This document shows positions 21,070-32,223 of a stretch of DNA of 64,000 nt, one piece after another. Position 1 is the stretch's first letter, and every line of letters begins with the position of its first letter. The notes under the pieces are model-generated. The model did no database searches, was not told the DNA's origin, and worked only from the letters and a program-made list of their open reading frames with translations. The position numbers and the translations under genes were made by a program. This DNA is from Candidatus Heimdallarchaeota archaeon (GTDB lineage: Archaea; Asgardarchaeota; Heimdallarchaeia; Hodarchaeales; Hodarchaeaceae), in assembly GCA_020353515.1 (NCBI GenBank), contig CP070695.1:3927140-3991139 (forward strand), written 5' to 3'.

Positions 21070-21423
21070 CTAGTCGTTTTTGGGTTTCCCTGATATCTTT
21101 GTTTCAATTTGATCTAGCTCCTCTTTACAGGTGTTATGAATCTCTTTCCCTTTAGCTAGACTTTGAGGTGCGTAATCTTTAAAGTGATCCTCTTCAAACC
21201 CATATCCAGCCAAATGTCTTTCCTGGGTTAATTGGATTAACCACTCAGCGAATTTCTAGCCAGATTTTTGGTATAATATAAGACATTTACTATACTTTCG
21301 TACACCTCCCCTTTTAAGTTTGTTGAATATTGAATTGTAAGATGTAATAATTCAATTCGAATTTGTGTGAAATCAGCTTTAAATTCGATAGCTTTTAGTT
21401 TTGAAATTGTTTCTTTTTTCCGT
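21070..21423 (-). pseudogene. Degraded gene, possibly HEPN-like
   Basis: Frames KETISKLKAIEF... and KCLILYQKSG*KFAEWLIQLTQERHLAGYG... are separated by a frameshift and an in-frame TAG. Confidence 0.35.
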
Positions 21424-21560
21424 TAAATTTAGTCTAAATGAAGATCCTCCTTTTTTTTTGCCTTAACTTTTACAGTTGAATTAAAGAAAAGTAATTTAAT
21501 TTAATAAAATAAAAATCCGTCGTGAATCAATAATAAGAAGAAGAGTCGGTTGGAAAATCG

Positions 21561-22112
21561 TTGAATGAACATGAGGGGATCTCCATGAATTATAAAATAG
21601 TCCTAGCGGGAGATGAAGGGGTTGGGAAGACTTCTTTAATCAATCGTTTTGTACATGGATACTTCAAAGGTGATTACAAAGCAACAATTGGAGTTAATAT
21701 TTATACTAAACAACTTCTTATTGATTCTTCTGAAGTGAATTTACAGATCTGGGATGTGGCAGGTCAAACCTCGTTTCGTCAATTTCGCCAAAGATTTTTC
21801 AGTGGTACCCGAGGAGCATTCTTAGTGTTCGACTTAACAGTGTCTAAAAGTCTTGACAATCTTCATGTATCCTGGATAGAGGATCTCCAAAACATTGCAG
21901 GGGAAATTCCGTTAGTTTTAATCGGAAACAAATCAGATCTAAGAGAATCAGTTACTGTTTCCTATCAGGAGGTGAATGATTTTTTATATCTTCATTCTAA
22001 TATTGGAGACCATTTCATCACTTCGGCTCTGACTGGTGAAAATGTGGAGAATGCCTTTCATAAATTGACAACATTAATGAATGTGATGATAGATAGTAAA
22101 TCAAAGGACTAA
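21561..22112 (+). CDS. Rab-like small GTPase
   Basis: G1 GDEGVGKTS, G2 ATIGV, G3 WDVAGQ, G4 NKSD, G5 SAL; no CaaX tail. Confidence 0.92.
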   Translation: MNEHEGISMNYKIVLAGDEGVGKTSLINRFVHGYFKGDYKATIGVNIYTKQLLIDSSEVNLQIWDVAGQTSFRQFRQRFFSGTRGAFLVFDLTVSKSLDNLHVSWIEDLQNIAGEIPLVLIGNKSDLRESVTVSYQEVNDFLYLHSNIGDHFITSALTGENVENAFHKLTTLMNVMIDSKSKD

Positions 22113-22218
22113 GAATTTTTGGGGTTAATATTACTCCTACGTCTATCCTTGCCCTATTATTACACGAATACTTTGGTACTATTTTTCTAAGAATTCCTTT
22201 TTTAATTTGAGCTATACT

Positions 22219-22662
22219 TCAAATAGCCTTCAAATTGAATAGAATTCGCATTAGATAATCCTCAAATTGATTGATCTCTTTCTCGGAAAAATTTTTGTAA
22301 TATATATCTTTCATATCTAATGATACTTGGTAATAGATGTCTTGAAGTTGTTTATTCTTCTCAGTTAGGTAAACCAGCTTTTTTCGGCGGTCTCCTTCTG
22401 AGTCAACTCGTTTTAGGTGACCAATCTCTTCTAATCGATCAAGCATAGGTGTTAAGGTCGATTTACTCAATGATGTTGCTTTTGCGAGTTCAATAATCGG
22501 TAGGCCATCTTTTTTCCATAATGCAAAAAGGATGCGCCCTTGTGCGGGATTAATATCACTGATCTGATATTTTTTAAGCTTTTTAGCAAATATCCGTTGA
22601 CCTAGTTGATGGATTTGAGCAATAAGAAACCCCCCTGCTTTTAAATCTTGCATCGTTTTCAC
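22219..22662 (-). CDS. MarR-family regulator
   Basis: ELAKATSLSKSTLTPMLDRLE...DRRKKLVYLTEK. Confidence 0.92.
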   Translation of the reverse strand: MKTMQDLKAGGFLIAQIHQLGQRIFAKKLKKYQISDINPAQGRILFALWKKDGLPIIELAKATSLSKSTLTPMLDRLEEIGHLKRVDSEGDRRKKLVYLTEKNKQLQDIYYQVSLDMKDIYYKNFSEKEINQFEDYLMRILFNLKAI

Positions 22663-23123
22663 ATCAGTTGTAATACATGTTTCTGAAGCTTATAATAGAT
22701 CTCTATGAACCGTGGTTTCAATTTTAGAATTGTATAGTCTTCATCTTCAACGCCTTTGGGGTAGTATTTCTTCCACCAATCAAGATATAATTCTCTCTTA
22801 ATTGCCATATCCTCAACAATTTCTATATTTCCGCTTAACATTACACCACGAAAATCCTCGGGATCGTGATAATAGAGAGACACCGCAGAATGTGATCTAA
22901 TATGAGTTACCTTCGAAGAAGAAGTATTGGTTGAAATATAGACTAAAAAGTCATCATTATGATCCTCAAATACTCGAGTTAGCTCTGGAAAAGTTTTTGG
23001 GTCGCGTAAATTAAATACCGCACGAGTGTATGGGAACTCATCAGAGCCAATCGTTGTTAAGCATACTGTTTTCATGGAATTTATTACTTTAAGACAGAAG
23101 TCTCTCATTTCTTGTTCTTTCAT
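22659..23123 (-). CDS. Pyridoxamine 5'-phosphate oxidase-like / general stress protein 26 family
   Basis: TNTSSSKV; YYPKGVEDEDYTILK; 4-bp overlap with the MarR gene. Confidence 0.85.
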   Translation of the reverse strand: MKEQEMRDFCLKVINSMKTVCLTTIGSDEFPYTRAVFNLRDPKTFPELTRVFEDHNDDFLVYISTNTSSSKVTHIRSHSAVSLYYHDPEDFRGVMLSGNIEIVEDMAIKRELYLDWWKKYYPKGVEDEDYTILKLKPRFIEIYYKLQKHVLQLM

Positions 23124-23248
23124 GTTTTTCCACCTAATAAACCAAACAAATCAGATTAGTCCTATATGAGATAGTTTTATATAGGACTATTTTTACTTTT
23201 CCATAATTATCTAAAATGATTTTTTAATCTTTAAAAGAGCTGATTTGC

Positions 23249-23752
23249 ATGAGTTCAACTAAAATTCTTTCATTAATGCTTGATGAGCTTCATAAACGCT
23301 TTTTAGCAGTTACTACCGACTTATCGGAGGACGATTTTACTTTTAAGACCGATAAGAATTCTCCAGCGATTGGATGGACAATTGGGCACTTGACTGGGGG
23401 TCAACATGTGTACCTTCGATTAATCTTTCTAGGGGAACCACCCTCACAGATACAAGAATATGAATCCTTTAACACAGGAACCGACAGTCTTTATACGAAT
23501 GTACCTTCTTTTAAGAAAATAGTTGCCTTTTATGAGTCGGAATTCGAAGAATTAAAGAAATTCATTGAAACTTTAACGGAAAACGATTTGAATTCTCCTA
23601 CTCCTCATCGAGAAAAGGTCCCACCCTTTTTTCAGGATACTCCTCTTCGTGAAATCCTAGTGAGCTATATAGCTCATGCATTCACACATCTTGGCCAAAT
23701 AATTGAGATCCGACGAATGTTAGGTAAAGATATTTCAAAAATCAATGAATGA
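23249..23752 (+). CDS. DinB-family protein
   Basis: IGWTIGHL...HAFTHLGQI. Confidence 0.85.
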   Translation: MSSTKILSLMLDELHKRFLAVTTDLSEDDFTFKTDKNSPAIGWTIGHLTGGQHVYLRLIFLGEPPSQIQEYESFNTGTDSLYTNVPSFKKIVAFYESEFEELKKFIETLTENDLNSPTPHREKVPPFFQDTPLREILVSYIAHAFTHLGQIIEIRRMLGKDISKINE

Positions 23753-23779
23753 GTGTATAATTCTTCTAAAGTATAAGCA

Positions 23780-24493
23780 TTATTGTTTTTCTTCTACTGC
23801 TCTTTTTTGGTATTTCTCTGCTTTTTTCTTGCACACTTCTGCTCTTTCTGGATCATTCAAATTTCCATATACTTGAACAAGAAGTCCATTTACTTGAGCT
23901 ATTCCCGCATAATTTTCAATAGATAAACATATCCCTTCTGCTTCTTCTAATACGGTTAACGCCTGAGTATAAAGTGATTTTCCATTTAGAATATGCCCTC
24001 TGACGATAAGGGCCCAACCTAACGTCTGTTGAATGTCCTTATCGTTTGGATATCTCTCTGCTAGCTCATATACCAGTTTGAACTGTGATTCAGCTGCAGG
24101 AAGGTCACCAGAATTTAGCAATCGTGTCCCATAAGCTAGGGAGCATCTAGCGAGTTGAACATCATTCCCCGATCTTTGAGCAACCTCAAATGCTTCTCTA
24201 GCCCGATCCACAGCATTAGTATTGTCACCTAATTCAACAAGGGTATTATCAATTCTCATAAGACAATATGAAAGGATACGATCTCGCTCTTGAGCAAGAT
24301 CTGATTGTAGGTTTAACAGAGAAAGAAGGAAATCTCTCACCTCCTTGTATAGTTGAAGTTCTTCCTCGTGGTTCGAATCCTTTACAGCTTGCCACAACGC
24401 AGATTCTATCTTATCTTCTGCGCGCCTCAATTTGCCTAGAATTTCTTCTTTAGTTTGAGTATCCTTCATCTTTTGACCAATTATTTGGCTCAA
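23780..24493 (-). CDS. TPR-like helical repeat protein
   Basis: Repeated TPR-like A..L..G...A patterns. Confidence 0.7.
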   Translation of the reverse strand: MSQIIGQKMKDTQTKEEILGKLRRAEDKIESALWQAVKDSNHEEELQLYKEVRDFLLSLLNLQSDLAQERDRILSYCLMRIDNTLVELGDNTNAVDRAREAFEVAQRSGNDVQLARCSLAYGTRLLNSGDLPAAESQFKLVYELAERYPNDKDIQQTLGWALIVRGHILNGKSLYTQALTVLEEAEGICLSIENYAGIAQVNGLLVQVYGNLNDPERAEVCKKKAEKYQKRAVEEKQ

Positions 24494-24539
24494 AAGAATA
24501 ATGAGTATATAATATTATCTATGATTCAGAGGTTTATTA

Positions 24540-25124
24540 TTGACAAAGAGATTATTAGATCTTCCTACAAAGATTAAGACTAAGAGATTAATTCTTAGGA
24601 GATACAAAGAAGGTGATGGGGCGGCGTTATTTAACTTACTCGAATCTCATGACAATCGTAACTATTTGAGAGATCATATTGATGAAGCAACTGATATTAA
24701 AACCGAAGAAGAAGCTGAAATAAGAATTAGGCAATTAGCTGCTGATTGGATAACGCAAAAGAAATTTATCATGGGCATCTGGAATAAGAATACTGGATTA
24801 TACATTGGTCAAATCTGGATAAGTCCAAATAAGTGGGAAGTGCCTTCATTTGAGCTGGGTTGGTTTTTAGACCGGACTCATCAGGGGCAGGGTTTTGCAG
24901 GTGAAGCAGTTAATGCAGCGCTTCAATTTCTTTTCGATCACCTTCAGGCTCATAAAGTCATTGTATTAACTCGAGATGATAATGTAAAGAGTTTCAAACT
25001 AGCAGAAAGATGTGGATTTGTGAAAGAAGGCCATCTTAGGAATCACAATATTAAAGATGGGCAAAGATTTGGTTTATTTTATTACAGTATACTGAAATCT
25101 GAATATCAAGACCAAAAAAAGTGA
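24540..25124 (+). CDS. GNAT acetyltransferase (RimJ/RimL family)
   Basis: TKRLILR; HQGQGFAGEA; NVKSFKLAERCGFVKEG. Confidence 0.92.
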   Translation: MTKRLLDLPTKIKTKRLILRRYKEGDGAALFNLLESHDNRNYLRDHIDEATDIKTEEEAEIRIRQLAADWITQKKFIMGIWNKNTGLYIGQIWISPNKWEVPSFELGWFLDRTHQGQGFAGEAVNAALQFLFDHLQAHKVIVLTRDDNVKSFKLAERCGFVKEGHLRNHNIKDGQRFGLFYYSILKSEYQDQKK

Positions 25125-25330
25125 TATGGAAAAAAGGTTCGTCCTTTGGTCAAAACCAGTCACCATCATGAGAAATTAGTTCTATAAATCCATAAGCTTT
25201 AAGAAAGGACTAGTGATAAATTTAGATTTGAACTTCACTCTAAACCAAAAATCGAAGACTATAGAAATTTAAAACTAGTGACCCGATATAAGACAGCTAT
25301 CAAATTTTATTACTAAAGGAAGTAAGAAAT

Positions 25331-26776
25331 GTGGCAAACGTAATACCAGATCCAGTTTTGGCAACTGCACCAGGTGTTGCTGCTGGACTCCTTGCAGCCT
25401 TTAATTGGTGGCAAATGCGTCGAGGCGCAGTTATAAAACTAGGAAAACCTGTTAATTATGCCATAGAAAAGGATGAAGAAAAAGATGGGGTTGTCAAATA
25501 TTATTTTCCCGTTCTAATGCACAATACAGGTAAGAAAGCTGGAATGATTACAGAAATTGTGATAACATTCAAATCTAAAAGCACAGAAAAGATAATCGAT
25601 ATTAATAGACGTGTAGAAATGAGTCAAGAAGAGGGAGAGGAAGAAGTGACTTCTTCAATCTTGGGTATAGAACCAATTTTCCCCTTCTTTGTCTCAGCGG
25701 ACGAAGGTGCTGTAGTAATATTTGAGTGCTTAGATTCCGATCACGATGTTATACCAATTGATGAAGTGTTAACCTGTAGAATTCTAATTAAATACGATAA
25801 TAAGAAGAAAACAGACATAGAATTTCCATTTCGACTGTTACCCGAGGATATTTCCTTGTTATTACGGGGTACTATGAAATGGCTTAAACCAACGGTTCAG
25901 GATGTTCATCTACCTGGTATTACGGACAGAGACCGATTATTAGCACTCCTTGAGGAGTTAGATCTTGATAACCAATTTGAAACTATTCTTGATAGTGAAG
26001 GGACGCATTTTGATAGAACTGTACAATATGGGGGTACAAAAATAACTCGTCTCGATTTATCTGAGTTAAAAATTCCATCCCTACCTGAAAGTATTGGAGA
26101 TTTTGAGATACTTTAGTACCTTGATCTAGGGAATAATCTTTTACAGTCTCTTCCAAGGAGTATTGGAAATTTAAAGAATTTAATCGAATTAGATCTCCGT
26201 AATAACAAGAGGTTTGAATCCCTCCCCGATTCTATCAGTCAATTGACTAAGTTAAAAACTCTTAATGTTTCTCGATGTAATCTTGCAGCCCTTCCAGATA
26301 ATATTGGAAATCTGAGCTCCCTTACCTGGTTAAAAGTTTCTGGTAATCACCTCACGTCTCTTCCTGATAGCCTAGGTGATTTAACCAATCTTAAGAGATT
26401 AGATATTGAGGATAATCAACTAGAAGCCCTTCCTGGAAGTATTGGTTCCTTACAAAAGCTAAGAAAGCTAACAGTATATAAAAATAGACTGAAATCTGTC
26501 CCTATGGGGATTCTAAAGATCAAGAAATTTACACAACTGGAATTTAAGGAAAATGAGATAACCGCGTTACCAGCTAATCTCATCGAAGATGGAGGGCATG
26601 TAACAGGGCTATTCTTCGAGAATAACCAGATCTACTCTTTACCTGAAGGATTAGAAAAACTTGATCGGCTAACAACTCTCAGCTTACGAAATAATCCCTT
26701 AGCATTACAAACTGAGTCTGTTCATGCCTCTCTTCAAGCATTGAAAGATAGAGGATGCAATGTTTTCTTAGATTAA
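25331..26776 (+). pseudogene. N-terminally anchored leucine-rich repeat protein interrupted by one in-frame TAG at 26114-26116
   Basis: ORFs 25331-26116 and 26243-26776 share a frame, and the gap translates as regular LRR: FEIL*YLDLGNNLLQSLPRSIGNLKNLIELDLRNN. Confidence 0.85.
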
Positions 26777-26931
26777 TAATTTTTGAAATTTATCCCTTTA
26801 TTAAATACCAACCTTTGCTAAAATAGTTCCTGATTAACTATTAGGAGTTCTCAGTATGCTTGATATAAACCAAACTCAAAATCCTTCATATCTTGATGAT
26901 TAGCAAAATATTCAATTCTCAGTGATTCGAA

Positions 26932-28245
26932 ATGGAACCAGAGATAACTCTAATTCTAGAAATCGGTTTAATTCTCACTTTTGGGGTCTTGGGTTCTAAT
27001 GGACTTAAAAAACTTAAATTTCCTGAAATTCTGGGTTTTATTCTTGTAGGCATTATAGCTGGGCTTATACTCCGACCATTCGGCTTATTTCAAGATCATT
27101 ACGTAAGTATAACGAATGTTATTGTTGCTGTTGCCCTTGGTTTTATTGGTTTTCATTTAGGATCGGAAATTGATTGGAATACATTGAAAACGATGTCTTC
27201 CAAAGTTATCGTCATCATAGTTATTGAAGCATTTTTCACGTTCTTTTTTGTTGCATTTCTTGTCTTTTTGATTACTCAGGAGCTCTATCTTGCTCTTCTA
27301 TTTGGAGCTTTATCTTCTGCAACAGCTCCAGCAGGAACCGCAGCAGTATTTTGGGAATATGATTGTAAAGGCCCACTCACGTCTACTACTATGATAATTC
27401 TCGCCCTTGATGATATTTTTGCTATCGTTCTCACCGATTTTGCAATTGATTATGCATCAATCCATTTAAAGGGCGGTAAACTTGATTTATTCAGCTTATT
27501 TGTTCCTATGATCGTTGATATAGGTTTCTCTATTGCTCTTGGATTAATAGCAGGGATATTATTTTCGTTCATACTGAACCGTGAGGAGGAACATGGTGAA
27601 TATGTCAATCTTATCATTGGAGCTGTACTTGTATGCATTGGAATTTCAGGATTCTTGGGTATTTCATATATCCTCCCTACAATGGTTTTTGGGATCACAA
27701 TTGCCAGTCTTTGTAAGAAACCAGAAATAGATCCACAGAAGAAAGCTTGGATCTCTGAAATTTTTGGTCCCTCAACTGAAGGGGTTATAAGTATTATTGA
27801 TAAAGAGCTGCTTGAGGCCAGTGAAGATGAAACCCATCAAATTTTTCATGAAGTATACCGAATCGCGTCTCCATTGGTGGCTTTATTTTTCGTCTTAATT
27901 GGTTTAAATCTTGATATCTCATCGTTGGTGCAAATAGGTCTCCTAGGTTTCCTCTATCTTATCGGTCGGACTGTAGCGAAATCAGTTGGAGCGTTTATAG
28001 GTACCAGTATCGTTAAAGCTGAACCTACGGTTCGGAAATACTTAGGACCATGCCTTTATTCGCAAGCAGGCGTGGCACTTGGATTAGCTGTTCTCATTTC
28101 CGATAAACTTGCATCTTTTGGAGTACCTGAGATGGGATTTTTGATTCTTAACACAATCACTGCAACAACTATTGTATTTCAAATTTTTGGCCCTCTTGCA
28201 ATAAAATGGGCCGTTCAAAGATCAGGAGAAGCTCGATCCTGCTAA
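26932..28245 (+). CDS. Cation:proton antiporter (CPA family)
   Basis: SATAPAGT...LALDD; SQAGVALGLA. Confidence 0.9.
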   Translation: MEPEITLILEIGLILTFGVLGSNGLKKLKFPEILGFILVGIIAGLILRPFGLFQDHYVSITNVIVAVALGFIGFHLGSEIDWNTLKTMSSKVIVIIVIEAFFTFFFVAFLVFLITQELYLALLFGALSSATAPAGTAAVFWEYDCKGPLTSTTMIILALDDIFAIVLTDFAIDYASIHLKGGKLDLFSLFVPMIVDIGFSIALGLIAGILFSFILNREEEHGEYVNLIIGAVLVCIGISGFLGISYILPTMVFGITIASLCKKPEIDPQKKAWISEIFGPSTEGVISIIDKELLEASEDETHQIFHEVYRIASPLVALFFVLIGLNLDISSLVQIGLLGFLYLIGRTVAKSVGAFIGTSIVKAEPTVRKYLGPCLYSQAGVALGLAVLISDKLASFGVPEMGFLILNTITATTIVFQIFGPLAIKWAVQRSGEARSC

Positions 28246-28453
28246 TTTTCTAGGAAATTGATCTCAGAAAATAAGGTGTAACGATAAATAAGTTTTTAGT
28301 AATTAATTGAATCGTAAACCAATACTTCTAGAGAGCCATATAAGGGTTTAACGGCAATCCTCCCTCATTTTTCACCACTATCATTTCCATAGTTGCATTC
28401 AAGTCATACTTTTTATATTTTTTAGATTTAATTTGAGATATTGATGGTATATA

Positions 28454-29422
28454 GTGAAAACTGAGGAAAGAAGTATGGATGAAGAAAACTATCAGCGGAT
28501 TCGTCAAAAATTACAGGAAAGCTTTGAAAAGCAAGAATACGAGCAGGGATTGATAATTGCGAAAGAGATTAAAGAGAAATTTCCTGATCATGCTAGTGCT
28601 GCTTACTTTAATTTAGCCTTTTTTCAAGCACAACTCAATTTAATCGATGATACAGTTGACACGTTAAAAGAGGGATATAGAAAAGGGCTTTGGTGGGACG
28701 AATCAGCAATACGTATGTTTCCGAATTTTGATCAGTTGATTCAGCATGACGAATTCAATGAAGTTGTAAATAATTATTTTAAACGTTATAAAAAGATTCG
28801 AGAAGCTACTTCTTTTGAATGGGAGGTCTGTACTCCTGAAAATTTCGATTCAAGCCAAAAATATCCCGCCTTATTTGCACTTCATCAAGGTGCAGGGAAT
28901 ATTGAAGTGGCAAAACAAAACTGGAAATCAGCTTTAGAACATGATTTATTCTTAGCTTTACCTCAATCATCTCAAATTGTCGAACCAAACAGATTTACCT
29001 GGTTGGATATAGAAAGTGGGTTAAAAGAACTCAATGAAATGTATTCACAAATTCTCACTAAATATCAAATTGACCTAACCAAAGTTTTTCTGTCTGGTTT
29101 TTCGATTGGAGGAACTTTAGCCTTAGAGGCGACTTTTTCTCAACCCCAGTTCTCTGTAAAAGGATGTATTGTTGTGAATCCTACGTTTATTTCCCCTTAT
29201 TCTATTCCAAGGAATTTCGAGAGAGCCAAAAAGGACGGTGTCAAGTGTTGTATATTAGTAGGGACAAAAGATCCAAGTTATGAACAGATAAAAGAATTTA
29301 TAAGTCTTCTTAATCAAGAAAATGTTGAGAATCAGGTTTATGAAATTCCTGAGTTAGCACATGCTTTTCCCGATAATTTTAACGAAATTCTGGCTGAAAT
29401 GACAGACTTTATGAGAGCTTGA
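28454..29422 (+). CDS. TPR-like domain fused to an alpha/beta hydrolase (esterase-like)
   Basis: GFSIGG nucleophile motif, GTKD and LAHAFP. Confidence 0.8.
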   Translation: MKTEERSMDEENYQRIRQKLQESFEKQEYEQGLIIAKEIKEKFPDHASAAYFNLAFFQAQLNLIDDTVDTLKEGYRKGLWWDESAIRMFPNFDQLIQHDEFNEVVNNYFKRYKKIREATSFEWEVCTPENFDSSQKYPALFALHQGAGNIEVAKQNWKSALEHDLFLALPQSSQIVEPNRFTWLDIESGLKELNEMYSQILTKYQIDLTKVFLSGFSIGGTLALEATFSQPQFSVKGCIVVNPTFISPYSIPRNFERAKKDGVKCCILVGTKDPSYEQIKEFISLLNQENVENQVYEIPELAHAFPDNFNEILAEMTDFMRA

Positions 29423-29459
29423 TTTGATAATGATTATAGAATTGTCCTTGTAATCAGCC

Positions 29460-30470
29460 TTAATTTTCATTTATCAGCCATTCTTTTGGGAATAAACCGA
29501 AACGATGGTTGATCAATGCAATTTTATATGTCAAAGTAGGTGATGACTCTTTTTTCTGACCAAAATCATATGAGTTATAAGCTCTCCAAATGGATTCTGG
29601 TATAAAACCTCCTTCTTCCCTTTGTTTTCTATTCACAATAGCTAACATCTCTTGAAAAGCTTGTGTTTTTCGTGCATCTTCATATAAACTTAACACATCA
29701 AGAACATGTATGATATTATAGTAAATATTCGGATATTTCAACTTCTTGAAATCTGTTCCGATTCCAAATAAGTAGATCTTTCTTTGTTTCCTATTTTCCC
29801 AGAAATCTAATTGGGCTTGAAGTGCATTTTCACACACCTTCCTCACCCTTTGTGTATTATGAAATGCTAATGCTTTCAATGCTAGTAAATTACCATAAGG
29901 GCAATGGTCGTCTTTCCTTCCAGGACCACGGAATTTAGGTATTGAACTGAAACATCCAAACCCATTCTCGCGAGCTAAATTAATTAGATGATTAACAGCC
30001 TTTTTAATCCGTTCATCAGTCTTGTATCCCATATAACTAAGAAAGTAGATTAGAATTGGAATATCACATGTCATCCAATCCCATGATGGTTCACCACTCC
30101 CTCTGAATCGCTTTGGTACCAATATGTTTGTTAACAATGCTCCCTCTGATGACTGATGATTAAGGATTTGTTCACAGATTTGTGAAATTCCTGGATCTTC
30201 TCGGTTAAGACCAAATTCAACGAGAATCTCAAGATGGTGAATGGGATGTTTAGCATCATTATGTCGCTTTAAAGGTATATTTTCCCATTTTTTGCTACTT
30301 TCAATGCAATTCTTGATGAATAAGTCCTTTAACATGATTTTCTTATGTTTTAAAAGCTCATCTTCGTCAATATTGTTAGTTAACAGGTTTTTATGTAAAT
30401 TATAACGCACCCACGGCTGCGAGGCGTTTAATAAAGAAGGGAATGGATTATATTTCAGCATGAAGATCAT
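29460..30470 (-). CDS. Prenyltransferase/terpene-cyclase-like alpha-alpha toroid protein
   Basis: HQSSEG, RENGFGC and KQREEGGF repeats. Confidence 0.6.
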   Translation of the reverse strand: MIFMLKYNPFPSLLNASQPWVRYNLHKNLLTNNIDEDELLKHKKIMLKDLFIKNCIESSKKWENIPLKRHNDAKHPIHHLEILVEFGLNREDPGISQICEQILNHQSSEGALLTNILVPKRFRGSGEPSWDWMTCDIPILIYFLSYMGYKTDERIKKAVNHLINLARENGFGCFSSIPKFRGPGRKDDHCPYGNLLALKALAFHNTQRVRKVCENALQAQLDFWENRKQRKIYLFGIGTDFKKLKYPNIYYNIIHVLDVLSLYEDARKTQAFQEMLAIVNRKQREEGGFIPESIWRAYNSYDFGQKKESSPTLTYKIALINHRFGLFPKEWLINEN

Positions 30471-30565
30471 TAACCCGAAAGTCTAAGAATGGAAATAAGA
30501 TTTGACTTATCAATCCCAGGAAATTATTATCGTTTAAGATTATACGACTTGCATAATGATCGACA

Positions 30566-31359
30566 ATGAAGACTGAAATCTCTCTAAGTGATTACCTATC
30601 GCAAGATGAAGTAGAAAAGATCGCAAATTTTATACTAGCATATGAACAGGATGGTGGGGATTCAGTTTTTCAAAATATACTCCTGCTACTCGAGAAGATA
30701 CGTATTATGCCGTAAAAGGCCTAAATCTGATTAATTATCGGTATCAGGGAGAGAAAATAATAAAATATATCAAAAATCTTCTTCCAAAGCAAATTATTAG
30801 CTATAAATATTTCTTTCAACTACTTTATTTGGTTCTTACTTATGATCTTAAGTCTCAAAGAAATCTCATGGCAACTCTGATAAAACGATCCGAATCTCAA
30901 TATCACAACATATCGGATCTTTATTATTACGTATTATCCATGAATGCACTTAACCTTCGCTTGCCCCAACGAATCTATGAAATTATTGCTGACTATTGTA
31001 TTGAATCCCTTAAAGATTTACCAAACACTGTTAAATATCTTCTCCTCTTATCGGCTCTTAATATTTCATATGATAAGGATTTTTATCTCTCTTATCTAAA
31101 CCGTTGTCAATCTGGGGATGGAGGTTATGGTTTTTTACCTGGTTCAACCTCCTTCCTTGAGAATGTCTGTTATGCATTAAGAGCGTATCAGAATCTACAG
31201 TTCCCTCCAAAGCATACAGATAAAATTTTTGCATTCATTCAGCGGTGTCAAGGCCGAAGAGGAGGTTTGGGGAGAAAAGATATAACTCTCCCCACGATTA
31301 AGTCTACCTCTCATGCCCTTGAAAGTTTGTCAATTCTCCGAACTTTCGAAGTTAAATGA
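30566..31359 (+). pseudogene. Prenyltransferase/squalene-oxidase repeat protein with a frameshift in the G-run at 30656-30659
   Basis: Frame 1 MKTEIS...YEQDGG joins GFSFSKYTPATREDTYYAV in another frame, which continues into ORF 30829-31359 with CQSGDGGYG and CQGRRGGLG repeats. Confidence 0.7.
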
Positions 31360-31375
31360 AATGAGCTTTATGTGT

Positions 31376-32152
31376 TTAAATATAATAACCTGGTCCTTGA
31401 TCTTTCGCTTCGTCTTCTCCTTGTTCGAGTACTTCTCGTGCAAGGCTTGTTATCCGTTCATTTTTAGCTTGTGCTTCTTCTATCGTCAAATCTAGATCCT
31501 TGAGTTCGATTTTTAAGGGGTAGAGTTTGGTTAATTTAGTTAAAAGGGCTTTACTTGCTTTGGGGTCTGTTCCAGCCAGAGTGAGTTTTCCTAGTAAGCC
31601 AAAGCTTTTCATATTTCGTTCGGCTGCTAGTGCTGAGAGGACTCCTACTGCTCCCGTTACTTCTCCTCCCTTTAAGAGGGTGACATCATGTTCTTCCAAC
31701 CAGTCGAGAGTGGGCTTATCGTACCCGAATCCTGCGACTTCGGGGCCCTCTTCGTGGACACGTAATCCTCCTAGGCAGATCAATGTATCTGCTTTTAGGT
31801 CAATTACATAATCGAGTACGCTATTTAAGACTTGGATGATTCCGATATCATGAGGTTGAGCATCTCCCGTCAGAATTAGCAAATTAGGTGTTGTTTCTGT
31901 AATCGCGTAGATTTCCATTCGTGCTAATCGTCCCATACTGGTTTTACTATCGATCTGAACGACTGGAGGAAAGAATGAGCTATAAATTCGGGCAATTTCT
32001 TGTGCATTAAAATGTTTGATTAAAAAATTAGCTGCAATTTTTCCTATTAGGCCCATTCCTGGTAATCCTTGAATAACCACTGCAGATGGCTTGACCTTAA
32101 CGTCTGATACCTTATGTAAATATGTAAACGAATTTCCATTTGGTTGGCGCAA
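31376..32152 (-). CDS. Proteasome assembly chaperone PAC2-family protein
   Basis: GLPGMGLIGKIAA; TGDAQP; DPKASK; C-terminal YYI (HbYX-like). Confidence 0.9.
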   Translation of the reverse strand: MRQPNGNSFTYLHKVSDVKVKPSAVVIQGLPGMGLIGKIAANFLIKHFNAQEIARIYSSFFPPVVQIDSKTSMGRLARMEIYAITETTPNLLILTGDAQPHDIGIIQVLNSVLDYVIDLKADTLICLGGLRVHEEGPEVAGFGYDKPTLDWLEEHDVTLLKGGEVTGAVGVLSALAAERNMKSFGLLGKLTLAGTDPKASKALLTKLTKLYPLKIELKDLDLTIEEAQAKNERITSLAREVLEQGEDEAKDQGPGYYI

Positions 32153-32223
32153 TAATGTCTCCTCGATTAACCATCATGGTCATTAATTTTATTGACTAGC
32201 TTTCTCTTAAAAAGAGCGATTCT

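Noticed and set aside
26114-26116. Genome-wide TAG recoding
   Set aside because: Several intact genes here end at TAG at their expected C-termini (for example 1864, 15150, 47560, 48506).
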